Positions 9,040-17,504 of a stretch of DNA of 42,014 nt are shown here, piece after piece (the stretch's first letter is position 1; each line of letters begins with the position of its first letter). The DNA lies in IMG/VR virus record IMGVR_UViG_3300043406_000067, positions 1 to 42,014 of that record; one strand, 5' to 3'. Both the position numbers and the translations under genes were made by a program. The stretch comes from a virus (taxonomy: Duplodnaviria > Caudoviricetes). Below the pieces are notes generated by a model. The model saw only the letters and a list, made by a program, of their open reading frames with translations, was not told where the DNA came from and ran no database searches.

Positions 9040-9124
9040 TGTGAACCTCCTCGGTTTGGGGCTGGGACGCGCCAGTCTAGGCCGCGTCGCGCGCGGCGGA
9101 TAGTGTCGGTGTTTCTTTCGGTTC

Positions 9125-9388
9125 CTACGGTGTCTCGCGGATCAGGAAGGCCCGGCGCGTGGCGATCGCAGCTCGTCGCACGGATGTCCGAGTCGTCCCG
9201 TATACCTCCTCCATCTCGATCAGCAGATCCTCGGACGGCTTCTCGCGGCCGCGCTCGAGGAGCCCCAGGTAGCCCACGCTCACCTTGAGCTGGTCCGCGG
9301 CCTGGGCCCTGGTCTTCTTGTGCCGCACTCGCAGCTTCGCCAGCGGGGTACTTCGCTTCGTCGTGTACGCGCGCTCGGTCTTAGGCAT
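9125..9388 (-). CDS. XRE-family HTH transcriptional regulator
   Basis: LAKLRVRHKKTRAQAADQLKVSVGYLGLLERGREKPS fits the HTH_3 pattern; start set at ATG 9388. Confidence 0.8.
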   Translation of the reverse strand: MPKTERAYTTKRSTPLAKLRVRHKKTRAQAADQLKVSVGYLGLLERGREKPSEDLLIEMEEVYGTTRTSVRRAAIATRRAFLIRETP

Positions 9389-9587
9389 GGTCGGTTCCCT
9401 TGTGCGCCCGCCGCAGCACGTCGACGGACGCCTTGGCCTCCTGGAACGTCGAGCCGAGGCTCTCGGGTTCGACTCCGCGACGCTCGAGCACGAAGGACGT
9501 GCGGCCGTCCTGCTGGTCCTCGTACACGAGTGCGTCGGGGAAGATCGCCTGCAGCTTTCGCGACAGGTAGGCGTTGAGTGTTCGCAT
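9381..9587 (-). CDS. Hypothetical protein (68 aa)
   Basis: GGAGGGAACC RBS; overlaps the start of the next gene. Confidence 0.6.
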   Translation of the reverse strand: MRTLNAYLSRKLQAIFPDALVYEDQQDGRTSFVLERRGVEPESLGSTFQEAKASVDVLRRAHKGTDHA

Positions 9588-9640
9588 GGTTCCCTCCAGT
9601 GGGAGGGGGCGCGCCCGGCTGCGACGCGCCCCCGCGCCAC

Positions 9641-10084
9641 CTAGATCTCGTTGCGCTCGCGCATCGAGTGATACTTGCCACCGGCGACGATGACGTGATC
9701 GAGGACCGCGATCCCGATCAGCTCGCCGGCCTGCACGAGGCGGCGCGTGATCGTGTGATCCTCTTCGCTGGCTTCGACCTCGCCGCTCGGATGGTTGTGG
9801 ACCAGAATCACCGCGGCAGCGTTCGCGAGGATCGCACCCTTGAACACCTCGCGCGGATGCACGATCGAGGAGTTCAGCGAACCGACCGACACCATCTCGA
9901 CCGAGATCGTGCGGTGCCGCGCGGACAGGTGAATCACCGCGAAGCCCTCGCGATCGGTCGGCAGCACCGGCTTCGCGATCGCATACACGTCAGCCGGACC
10001 GGCTACCAGCGGGAGGGAGGTGTCAGGGGCAGCCGCGTCGACAGTGACGAGGCGGACGCGGCGGAGGGTGAGACGTGCGGTCAT
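9641..10084 (-). CDS. radC: RadC-family JAB domain protein
   Basis: VHPREVFK, HNHPSG-x4-S-xED and LDHVIV motifs. Confidence 0.92.
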   Translation of the reverse strand: MTARLTLRRVRLVTVDAAAPDTSLPLVAGPADVYAIAKPVLPTDREGFAVIHLSARHRTISVEMVSVGSLNSSIVHPREVFKGAILANAAAVILVHNHPSGEVEASEEDHTITRRLVQAGELIGIAVLDHVIVAGGKYHSMRERNEI

Positions 10085-10226
10085 TGGGAGGTTCCTTTCG
10101 CTGGCCCCGCGTACCCGGCGGGCTCGGTGCGCGGGGTTCAGTGCCCGCGCTCACCTGTCGGTCATCGCCGACAAGAGGAATAGTCGCCCACGGGGCCGCG
10201 GCCGTCAAGCAAAAAGAACCTCGCTT

Positions 10227-10634
10227 TTAGCGTCGGCCTTCCAGCCGCGGCCGCTCTTTCGCCGGTGGCAGCTGGGGGATCATCGTCTCGGCCACGGTCG
10301 AGCCGTCGAGGAGCAGCATCCATGGCAGAAACGCTTCCTCGAACGACTGGAGCCCGCAGCGCACCGATTCGAGCTGCGCCTTGACCAGGAGCAGCAGGAT
10401 CCGCCACCGCTGGCGCTGCGCGCGCTCGAGCTTCGCCTGCGAGTGCTCCTTGGGGTAGGGGATGGCCACCTTCGCCGAGCGCCCGCGGTAGGCGAACTGG
10501 ATCATGGCCCCATCCGGCGACCACCCGGAGACGAAGGCGTCGCAGCCATACTTCTTCAGCACGTTCTCGATCTCGGCGCGGCTGCGCTCGACCGGGACCG
10601 ACGTGTCAGCGGCGTATCCGCTTAGGCGAGTCAT
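10227..10634 (-). CDS. Conserved phage hypothetical protein
   Basis: YAADTSVPVERSRAEIE and FEEAFLP motifs recur in phage early proteins; ATGA coupling. Confidence 0.65.
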   Translation of the reverse strand: MTRLSGYAADTSVPVERSRAEIENVLKKYGCDAFVSGWSPDGAMIQFAYRGRSAKVAIPYPKEHSQAKLERAQRQRWRILLLLVKAQLESVRCGLQSFEEAFLPWMLLLDGSTVAETMIPQLPPAKERPRLEGRR

Positions 10635-10969
10635 TCGCCGCCACCGTCGGCGCCGGCGAGCTGCTCACTCTCCGACCGGCGCCGGGCGACATGCTCCATG
10701 ATCTCCGCGAGGCAGCCACCATGGATCGCGCAGTGCTGGCAGATGATCTCGCGATCCGCGGGCCCGGCCCGCTTCGCCAGGTCTTCGTCCGGGCCCATCA
10801 CGGCCGCGAGAACGGGACTCCCCATGGCCTGCTCGAGTCCGGCCTGACGCTGGATCACACCGGTCATCAAGACGAAGTGCTCGAACGTGACCCGGTAGAA
10901 CGCGATCGACCGGTCGTGCATGACGCCGCGGCCGCACGCCGCGCACGGACCGAGCTCGCGCTGCTTCAT
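10631..10969 (-). CDS. Zinc-binding hypothetical protein
   Basis: CAACG and CQHC pairs; stop coupled to the next gene; start set at ATG 10969. Confidence 0.6.
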   Translation of the reverse strand: MKQRELGPCAACGRGVMHDRSIAFYRVTFEHFVLMTGVIQRQAGLEQAMGSPVLAAVMGPDEDLAKRAGPADREIICQHCAIHGGCLAEIMEHVARRRSESEQLAGADGGGE

Positions 10970-10998
10970 GCCGACCGGCTCCTCGCCCGTGCCGCGGC

Positions 10999-12495
10999 TC
11001 ACTTCTTCTTCCGTCCCTTCTTCGCCGGCGCTGCAGACGTCTGCACTGCCGGCGCCTCCTCGTCGATCAGCTTCGCGACGTCCACGCCGAACGCCTTGGC
11101 CCGCGCCGTGAACCGCTTCCGACTGCCATCCCAATCGCTGTCCGACTCGTTGAGCAGAGCGATCATAGTCAGGTGGCGCACCAGGTCCTCGGCGGTCTTC
11201 CCGAGCGGCACGCGCTTCGCCGCGGCCGCGCTGCCCTTGGCGCCGTAGCCGGCGGCCTGGCAGATGTGCTCGGTCAGGACGGATCCCAGCAGTTTCCCCG
11301 GAGCCGCCGAGGCGCGCTTCACGGCCGCCGCCAGCTCGTCGAGGATCCGCGGCTTCGCCTTCGCGTAGCGCGCGCGGGCCGCGTTCTCGATCGCCTGCTC
11401 CTTCTTCCGCTTCTCGTCCTCGAGCTTCCAGCGGTCCTGGGCGGACCCCTTCGACTTCGCGCCTGGCGACTTCGCGCGCGCGGCCTTTTCCTTCTGCTCC
11501 GTCGCCCAGTGGACCTTGCACTTCTCGCGCTGGACGCAGACCTTGAACGCCTGGCCGGCGTCGGGGCCGACCGCGACGAACCCGGTGATCGAGTACTCGC
11601 AGGTCTTCGACTTCTCGGCTCCGTCCGCGCGCTTCCACGACCGCGGTCCCCATGTGCGGGTCTTCGGATCGCGTGCGACGGGCGGGATGAAGTGGTCGTG
11701 CGTGATATGGATCAGCCGCTCCTGCTTCTGCGTCGCCTGCTCGATCGCGGCCTGCACCTCGGGGAAGAGAAACGGGTCGACCGCGGCCGGCGTGTGACGC
11801 ACGTGCTCGGCGATCCAGCCCTCGAGCTCGCGGACCGTGACCACCTTCACGCCGTCCCATTTGCCGTGCTCGAGCATCCGGTTCCGGTGCCGACCGGCGG
11901 TCGGGCTCTCGACGGGATCCCAGAGCGTCTGTTCACCCTCGAAGCAGCCTCCGATGATCGGGTCGACCACGCGCTCCTGGTCCTTCGCCGATAGCCGCGC
12001 GAGCAGGATTGCGTGCCCCGCGGTCAGCCGGCCTTCGGCGAGCAGCGTCTTCACCGTTGCCGTCAGATTGCCCAGCTTCACGCGATCGTAGACGTACTTC
12101 ACCGACTTGCCGATCCGCTCCGCGATCCGCTCGGCCGAGTAGCCGTGCTTCGTCATCAGCAGCTCGTAGCCCTTCGCCTCCTCGAGCACGGTCAGGTCGG
12201 AGCGCTGCAGGTTCTCGATCACCTGGATCTCGAGCGCCACCTGGTCGTCCATCTCGCGCACCATGGCCGGGATCTCGTCGAGGCCGGCCGCCGTGGCCGC
12301 CGCGAACCGGCGATGCCCGGCCACGATCTCGAAGCCCTTCGCGTTCGGGCGCACCAGGATCGGCTGCAGGATGCCGTGCTCCCTGACACTCGAGACCAGG
12401 TCGTCGAAGCCGGCGTCCTTCACCTCATGCCGCGGATTGGTCTTGCTCGGGTGGATCCGCTCCACCGCGACGGACTGCACGAGCGCCTGGGCCAT
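10999..12495 (-). CDS. parB: ParB/RepB/Spo0J-family protein
   Basis: NPR, GILQPILVRP, IVAGHRRFAA (GxRR box), IENLQRSDL and an HTH (AERIAERIGKSVKYV). Confidence 0.92.
   Translation of the reverse strand: MAQALVQSVAVERIHPSKTNPRHEVKDAGFDDLVSSVREHGILQPILVRPNAKGFEIVAGHRRFAAATAAGLDEIPAMVREMDDQVALEIQVIENLQRSDLTVLEEAKGYELLMTKHGYSAERIAERIGKSVKYVYDRVKLGNLTATVKTLLAEGRLTAGHAILLARLSAKDQERVVDPIIGGCFEGEQTLWDPVESPTAGRHRNRMLEHGKWDGVKVVTVRELEGWIAEHVRHTPAAVDPFLFPEVQAAIEQATQKQERLIHITHDHFIPPVARDPKTRTWGPRSWKRADGAEKSKTCEYSITGFVAVGPDAGQAFKVCVQREKCKVHWATEQKEKAARAKSPGAKSKGSAQDRWKLEDEKRKKEQAIENAARARYAKAKPRILDELAAAVKRASAAPGKLLGSVLTEHICQAAGYGAKGSAAAAKRVPLGKTAEDLVRHLTMIALLNESDSDWDGSRKRFTARAKAFGVDVAKLIDEEAPAVQTSAAPAKKGRKKK
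11031..11046. promoter_or_regulatory. parS-like palindrome, copy 1 (CTGCAGACGTCTGCAC), in the 3' end of parB
   Basis: Perfect 14-bp palindrome TGCAGACGTCTGCA; identical 16-mer at 20983-20998. Confidence 0.55.
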
Positions 12496-12794
12496 CAGTG
12501 GGCCGACTCGCCCGCGGCCTTCTTCTCGAGCGCGAGCTTGCCCTGACGATTCGCGATGTTGATCTCGACCTTGTCGCCGATCTGCAGGTCGTGGCGGATC
12601 TCCGGGTCGGTCAGGATCTGCAGCCGCGTCTTCTTCTCCGGCCCGAGCCCGCGCATGGTGATCCGGACCTGCTCCATCTCGCTGGTCTGGTACTGCTTCC
12701 TGCCCTTGCGCGTGGTGCCGACCACCTCGCGCACCTGGATCGTCACCAGCTCCTGCGCGGTGACCTTCATCCCGATCTGGAAATCCTTCGCCAT
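12495..12794 (-). CDS. Hypothetical protein (99 aa)
   Basis: GGAGGGAACC RBS; stop overlaps the parB start. Confidence 0.7.
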   Translation of the reverse strand: MAKDFQIGMKVTAQELVTIQVREVVGTTRKGRKQYQTSEMEQVRITMRGLGPEKKTRLQILTDPEIRHDLQIGDKVEINIANRQGKLALEKKAAGESAH

Positions 12795-12885
12795 GGTTCC
12801 CTCCGTTGAACGTGGCCGCGGGGGCTACCAGCTCGCGGGGTTCGGATGATCCCCGCAGCGAGACGCCGATTCCCGCGGGTGCTGC

Positions 12886-13341
12886 CTAGTCGTCGTCGCC
12901 CGGCTCGCGGCCGGCCACCGCCGCCTTCATCTCCTCGGGCTTCTCGTCGTCGGCCAGGAACGCTTCGGCCGCCGTCGCCGCCCGCGCCTTCTGGTCACGG
13001 ATGCGAACGCACTTCACCGTCTCGCCGGCCATCATCGTGTCGGCTACGAACAGCACAATTTCTTGGCCCTTCCAGCCCTTTGCGAGGTTGCCAAAGGCGC
13101 GATTGAGGGTCTTACGATTGGTCGCGTTCAGGCCGAGGATCCGCTCCTTGCCGACGAACTTGAGCCCCAGCATGTTCACCCGCTTCCGGCCGCCCATGAA
13201 CGTGACGACCGGGTAGAGGATCACCTGCTCGATCCTGACCTTGACGTCCGTGCCCTCGATCAGATCCTCGGCCGTCAACCAGATCGAGTCGCGGCCGACT
13301 CCACTCGGGCCCGCGTACTCCTTGCCCTGGGGTTCTTCCAT
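12886..13341 (-). CDS. Recombination-module protein, possible ssDNA-binding or annealing partner
   Basis: WLTAEDL, LGLNATN, WKGQEI and CVRIR motifs; acidic tail EPGDDD; adjacent to the RecE-like gene. Confidence 0.55.
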   Translation of the reverse strand: MEEPQGKEYAGPSGVGRDSIWLTAEDLIEGTDVKVRIEQVILYPVVTFMGGRKRVNMLGLKFVGKERILGLNATNRKTLNRAFGNLAKGWKGQEIVLFVADTMMAGETVKCVRIRDQKARAATAAEAFLADDEKPEEMKAAVAGREPGDDD

Positions 13342-14220
13342 CTACGCCACCTCCTTTTCGGGATCTCCGAGCAGCTCCGCGGTCAGCTGGTCCGTCACGC
13401 GGGCCACCTGAACCTCGGGGAACTGTCCCGGCCACTCGCCGCTCGCCTCGCACTCCTCGAGACGGCGGCACATCACCTCGAACTCCATCTCGCCGAACGT
13501 CAGCGCGTCCGAGTCCAGCGCGAAGACACCCACGTCGTAGGGCGCGACCGACTCCACCGCGACCAGGAAGTAGTGCTGAACCTCTCGGTCGAGCCGCGAC
13601 AGCCCGTCGCGGTACCACGCCGCCTGGACGTAATAGCGGAACCGCGTCAGCTCGAAGGGGGAGAAACGTTCCAGGGACCGCGTCGTCTTCAGGTCGCCAG
13701 CAACGCCCGGACCGAGGAAGTCCGCACGGCCGCGGCAGAGACGCCCGTCCCGATCCCACAGCAGCGTTAGCTCGCGCTCCGGCGCCTTGGCCAGCAGCTT
13801 CGCCGCGTGCGGGTGCGCGTGGACCGCGGCTGCCATGGCGCGCACCTTCTCGATCGTGTCGCGCTTGAGCACGATCGCCCCGGTCCGGGCCTCGAGTGCC
13901 GCGACCGCGTCCTTGTACGCCTTGGTCGCCCGCTTGTTCGTGTTGTTCGGCGCCACGTCGTCGGGGTTCGGCTCGGCCACGTACCGCTGCTCGAAGACTT
14001 CCGGCTCGAGGACGGCCGTGTGCACCGCGGTCCCGAGCGACGTCGCCTCGGTCTCCTCGCGCGGCTGTGAGCGCATCCACTGGTAGTACTTCGGACTCGT
14101 CGCCAGCCAGGACAGCTGGCTCGATCCGAGCGCGTCCATCGCGAGGTACTGCTCCATCGGGACGAGGCGGTGGATCCCGATGGGGAGGGGTTCGCCTTCG
14201 ATCAGGCGGGGGAGGCTCAC
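13342..14220 (-). CDS. RecE-like PD-(D/E)XK exonuclease (exonuclease VIII / DUF3799-like)
   Basis: GTAVHTAVLEP, CRGRADFL, DLKTT, YYVQAAWY and FLVAVE motifs; GTG start coupled to the ATPase stop. Confidence 0.85.
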   Translation of the reverse strand: MSLPRLIEGEPLPIGIHRLVPMEQYLAMDALGSSQLSWLATSPKYYQWMRSQPREETEATSLGTAVHTAVLEPEVFEQRYVAEPNPDDVAPNNTNKRATKAYKDAVAALEARTGAIVLKRDTIEKVRAMAAAVHAHPHAAKLLAKAPERELTLLWDRDGRLCRGRADFLGPGVAGDLKTTRSLERFSPFELTRFRYYVQAAWYRDGLSRLDREVQHYFLVAVESVAPYDVGVFALDSDALTFGEMEFEVMCRRLEECEASGEWPGQFPEVQVARVTDQLTAELLGDPEKEVA

Positions 14221-15515
14221 GAGGTGGCCGCCGGCACCTGCCACGCCACGGCGCCGTCCTCGATGATCACCGTCGCGCCACCGTCCTCGACCCGCTCGAT
14301 CCAGAGCTGCGCGTCCTGCGCGGCCGCCAGCTCGCCGATCAGCCGCAGCGACTCCGCGTCCAGCAGCGAGCCGTCCCGGATCAGCAGCACCCGGAGCGTC
14401 GGGTTCAGCGCCAGGCCGATCGCGACCGACACCCGCAGATGCTCGGCCGAGCTCGCCTGCTCGAAGGGGAGACCGGCGAACGTGACGTCGCCGTCCTCGC
14501 CGAAGCCGAGCCCCGCGACCGGGAACTTCGCCCGTCCGATCGCCGCCTTCTTCGCCTCGTCGATCTTCGCGATCTTCTCGGTGAGGTCGGTCGAGACCTG
14601 GCGCAGCCGGTCCAGCTCGGCCTCGTGCGTCGCGCGCGTCCGGTTCTCGAGGAACCGCTTGTTCGCGCCCTCGAGGTTCGTCATCTGATCCTTGAGCGGT
14701 CCGAGATCGACGTCCGGCGCATCGGCGTGGGCCTCCGCATTGCTAGCCGCCACCTTCGCGCTCTCGAGGTCAAGGGCGATCTTGTCCGCGCTGGCCTCGG
14801 CTTCCTCGAGCTGCTTCCGCGCCTCGGCGATGCGCCGCTTCGCGTTCTCCAGCGAGCTCGCCATGTAGTCCGCATGGCGCTTCGCCTCGGCCGCCTTCAT
14901 GCGCGCCGCGTCGATCCTCTTCTGCAGATTGCGGGCTTCCTCGAGCTGCTTCACGATCTCGCTGCTCGATACCTCGCGGTCCGGCGCGTTCTCGTGCTTC
15001 GCCGGCATCGCGTCGAACCGGGCCCGGGCGGCCTTGCCGTCGCGGTTCACCTCGGTTCGCTCGTTGAACAGCTTCAGCCGCTGCCCTTCCAGCTCGGCGA
15101 AGTCGAGCCCGACCAGGCGGCGCAACGTCTCGGCCTGCGCCGGCGGTGCCATGCGCGTGAACTCGAGCGGGTCGAACGACAGCGAGCCGATCAGCCCGTC
15201 GAGGCGCGTCTGCGGCTTCGAGTACTGGGCGCCATCCTTCGACTCGACCGTGAGCGTCCCGAAGCCGCCGGCGGCAAACGTGCGCCGCACCAGGAACTCG
15301 CCGAGGTCGCACGTCACCTCGCCCTCGTTCTCGCCGCGGCGCAGCGGTTCCTTGCAGACCACGTCCTTCCCGCCGAGCGCATACATGATCGCGTCGAGGA
15401 CGCTCGACTTGCCCTGGCCGTTCTTGCCGCCGATCACGACCACGTTGCCGTCCGGCCTGATCTCGGCCGCGCGGATGCGCTTCACGTTCCTCACCTTCAG
15501 CTCGAGGATCTTCAT
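14217..15515 (-). CDS. SMC/Rad50-like AAA ATPase with central coiled coil
   Basis: N-terminal Walker A GKNGQGKSS, long coiled coil, degenerate signature ASSAE and Walker B LLIRDG; GGAGGGAG RBS before ATG 15515. Confidence 0.85.
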   Translation of the reverse strand: MKILELKVRNVKRIRAAEIRPDGNVVVIGGKNGQGKSSVLDAIMYALGGKDVVCKEPLRRGENEGEVTCDLGEFLVRRTFAAGGFGTLTVESKDGAQYSKPQTRLDGLIGSLSFDPLEFTRMAPPAQAETLRRLVGLDFAELEGQRLKLFNERTEVNRDGKAARARFDAMPAKHENAPDREVSSSEIVKQLEEARNLQKRIDAARMKAAEAKRHADYMASSLENAKRRIAEARKQLEEAEASADKIALDLESAKVAASNAEAHADAPDVDLGPLKDQMTNLEGANKRFLENRTRATHEAELDRLRQVSTDLTEKIAKIDEAKKAAIGRAKFPVAGLGFGEDGDVTFAGLPFEQASSAEHLRVSVAIGLALNPTLRVLLIRDGSLLDAESLRLIGELAAAQDAQLWIERVEDGGATVIIEDGAVAWQVPAATS

Positions 15516-15757
15516 GCTGCTCCCTCCTTGAACAGGTCGGTCTGCTCGCGCGCGCTCGGTTCCGCGCTGTTGTCGGTCGTCAACACCACGTTCGGGCGCG
15601 CCGCCTCGATCGCCGCGGCCACGGTCGCGCCGGTCCCGATCACGACCGCTTCGCCGGCGCGGTAGGCGTACACGCACACGCCCGGCGCATCCGGGCAGCT
15701 GCCGATCCGCACCAGCTCGCCGAGGCTGCAGGCGTTCCTCGCGTCGATCGCGCGCAT
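15512..15757 (-). CDS. Hypothetical protein (81 aa)
   Basis: Translational coupling at both ends. Confidence 0.55.
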   Translation of the reverse strand: MRAIDARNACSLGELVRIGSCPDAPGVCVYAYRAGEAVVIGTGATVAAAIEAARPNVVLTTDNSAEPSAREQTDLFKEGAA

Positions 15758-15888
15758 CACCAGCTCGACAGGATCGCGGCGATCAGGACCACCACGAAGC
15801 ACAGCAGGAAGTCGCGCAGCGTGTCCTCGCGGCGCTGCTGGTCGCGCCAGCCCTGCGAGCCGCGCACGTACAGCGGGGGCCGGATCAC
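15757..15888 (-). CDS. Small membrane protein (43 aa), absent from the ORF track
   Basis: GTG start with GGAGG RBS; C-terminal TM segment FLLCFVVVLIAAILSSW; coupled on both sides. Confidence 0.5.
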   Translation of the reverse strand: MIRPPLYVRGSQGWRDQQRREDTLRDFLLCFVVVLIAAILSSW

Positions 15889-16169
15889 GCGACCTCCGCG
15901 CGTTCACGGTCCACGGCCTTGTCCATCTCCCAGCAGTAGGGGCAGGACGGATGCTCGTCCGTGTTCCACTGCTCCCCGCACCCTCGGCACTCGCGGATCG
16001 GACTGTCGCTGCCGTAGGGCGCCGCGCTCGCGTCACGCAACCGCGGAGTGCTGCGCCGCTCCTCGTGCTCGCGGAGCCAGTCGGCCTCGCGTTGCAGGGC
16101 CTCGGCTCGGGTAGCTGCGATCTTGTGGGTGAGTTCGGTGATCCTGGCTTCGAGTTCGGCGGCGCTCAT
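15885..16169 (-). CDS. Coiled-coil plus zinc-finger hypothetical protein
   Basis: CRGC and CPYC motifs; ATGA coupling. Confidence 0.55.
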   Translation of the reverse strand: MSAAELEARITELTHKIAATRAEALQREADWLREHEERRSTPRLRDASAAPYGSDSPIRECRGCGEQWNTDEHPSCPYCWEMDKAVDRERAEVA

Positions 16170-16453
16170 CGGGGCCGCACCTGGGCGAGACGCACCCCGA
16201 GCGACGATCCCAGCGCCTGCTCGTAGTCGTAGTCGGGCGGGTTGCACTCGTCGCACTCGCGATGCGGATGTCCGCCCGTCTCGGCACCGCACGAGATGCA
16301 CAGCCCCGCGCTTTCCCACGCCGCGTGCAGCTCGCGCTTCAGCCGCTTGTAGCGGGCGATCGCCGACGCCGTGAACCGGGCGTAGGACAGGAGCCGCGCG
16401 CGCTCGGTCACCTCTTCGAGGCGGGCGAGGTGGTAATCTTGGGTCGGGCTCAT
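16166..16453 (-). CDS. Zinc-finger hypothetical protein
   Basis: CISC and CDEC motifs; GGAGG RBS. Confidence 0.6.
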   Translation of the reverse strand: MSPTQDYHLARLEEVTERARLLSYARFTASAIARYKRLKRELHAAWESAGLCISCGAETGGHPHRECDECNPPDYDYEQALGSSLGVRLAQVRPR

Positions 16454-16513
16454 GGAGTCGATACCTCCGTGGGTTCGGCCCCGTCCCGGTTCACGCCGGG
16501 CGGGGCGCCTTTG

Positions 16514-16801
16514 TTAGGTGCCGTTCGCCGCGGCCCTGCGGGTTCCGGCACCAGATGACGGTCGCGTCCGTGCGGCTCTCGGGGCGACGCCGAGCATCTC
16601 GCGCAGCTCGTCAACGCCGAGTCCGTAACCGTCGGCCAGCTTCATGATCGCGTTACCCGTTAGCGGAGTGGCTTCGTTCTCGAGCATGCGGATGTAGGCC
16701 GGCGAGAACCCCGTGGCCAGTGCGGCGTCGCGGGGATTCGCGTAGCCCAAGCTGACGCGGATCTCCGACAGTCGCCTGCCCCAGCTCGTTCGCTCGACCA
16801 T
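16514..16801 (-). CDS. XRE-family HTH regulator (Cro-like, first gene of the left early arm)
   Basis: GRRLSEIRVSLG-x6-ALATGFSPAYIRMLEN HTH pattern; GAGGGAGGGG RBS before ATG 16801. Confidence 0.8.
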   Translation of the reverse strand: MVERTSWGRRLSEIRVSLGYANPRDAALATGFSPAYIRMLENEATPLTGNAIMKLADGYGLGVDELREMLGVAPRAARTRPSSGAGTRRAAANGT

Positions 16802-16818
16802 CTCCCCTCCCTCGAAGT

Positions 16819-16875
16819 GAGGCCACCACTGGCCACCGGGACAAGTAGGCCACGACTGGCCAGTCACAGTCAACA
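16819..16875 (-). promoter_or_regulatory. Leftward promoter/operator region with palindrome GACTGGCCAGTC and GGCCA repeats
   Basis: Perfect 12-bp palindrome at 16854-16865 just downstream of a minus-strand TTGACT -35 box; further GGCCAC copies at 16821, 16831 and 16848; -10 box uncertain. Confidence 0.55.
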
Positions 16876-16924
16876 AAAGAATTTTCGGCCGGCAGGAGGA
16901 CAGGCTGAATGGGAAAGGGCGGGA

Positions 16925-17113
16925 CTACCTGCGGTAGAAGACCATCCCCACGAAGACCGCGGCGATGAGAATCCCGATCATGACGTCGGGGTTCATCTTG
17001 TCGGATGACTGGCCCGCCTGGGGGTTCACGGGCGGAGCCGTCTGCGCCACATAGACGGTCTCGGGGCGAGCGGTGGCGGGCGTGAGCGTGTCAGCTAGGG
17101 CGAAGAAAACCAT
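16925..17113 (-). CDS. Small membrane protein with C-terminal TM anchor
   Basis: VMIGILIAAVFVGMVF followed by YRR; AAGGAG upstream. Confidence 0.5.
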   Translation of the reverse strand: MVFFALADTLTPATARPETVYVAQTAPPVNPQAGQSSDKMNPDVMIGILIAAVFVGMVFYRR

Positions 17114-17138
17114 TGGGGCGCGGCCCTCAAAAATCTCC

Positions 17139-17169
17139 TTGCGACTTCAACTGGCCAGTCTGGTACCCT
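17139..17169 (+). promoter_or_regulatory. Putative rightward promoter with operator ACTGGCCAGT in the spacer
   Basis: TTGCGA, then extended -10 TGG-TACCCT (19-nt spacer); same palindrome core as at 16855. Confidence 0.4.
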
Positions 17170-17488
17170 AGCCCCCGCTGGCCACCCGACGACGACGTCC
17201 GTGCTTCAACGGTTCGGGCCTCTCCGGGAATGGCCGGCCAGCGTTCTGTGACTTCCGGAGCTTCGCCAAATGCGCGGTAGCTGCGTCGATCATCAGGCGG
17301 GAGAGATTCAGATGCAAGGGCGGACCGGCCAGGAAGGCGGCCGCGTTTCGGATCTCCTCGACGAGGTCGGCCGGAAGGTAGGACGTGAAGTGCACCATGC
17401 GGATCGCCGCCTGCTCTTCCACCTGGCGCACGGACTGCACCTTGGCCCTCCGCTGACGGACACCCAACTGAGGCACGGCCGCCCGCAT
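17168..17488 (-). CDS. Ribbon-helix-helix DNA-binding protein, plasmid centromere-binding ParB_C-like
   Basis: TSYLPADLVEEIRNA, LSRL and NAGRPFP-x6-LKHGR resemble plasmid RHH ParB C-terminal domains; GGGAG RBS before ATG 17488. Confidence 0.65.
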   Translation of the reverse strand: MRAAVPQLGVRQRRAKVQSVRQVEEQAAIRMVHFTSYLPADLVEEIRNAAAFLAGPPLHLNLSRLMIDAATAHLAKLRKSQNAGRPFPERPEPLKHGRRRRVASGG

Positions 17489-17504
17489 CTCAGGAACTCC
17501 CACC

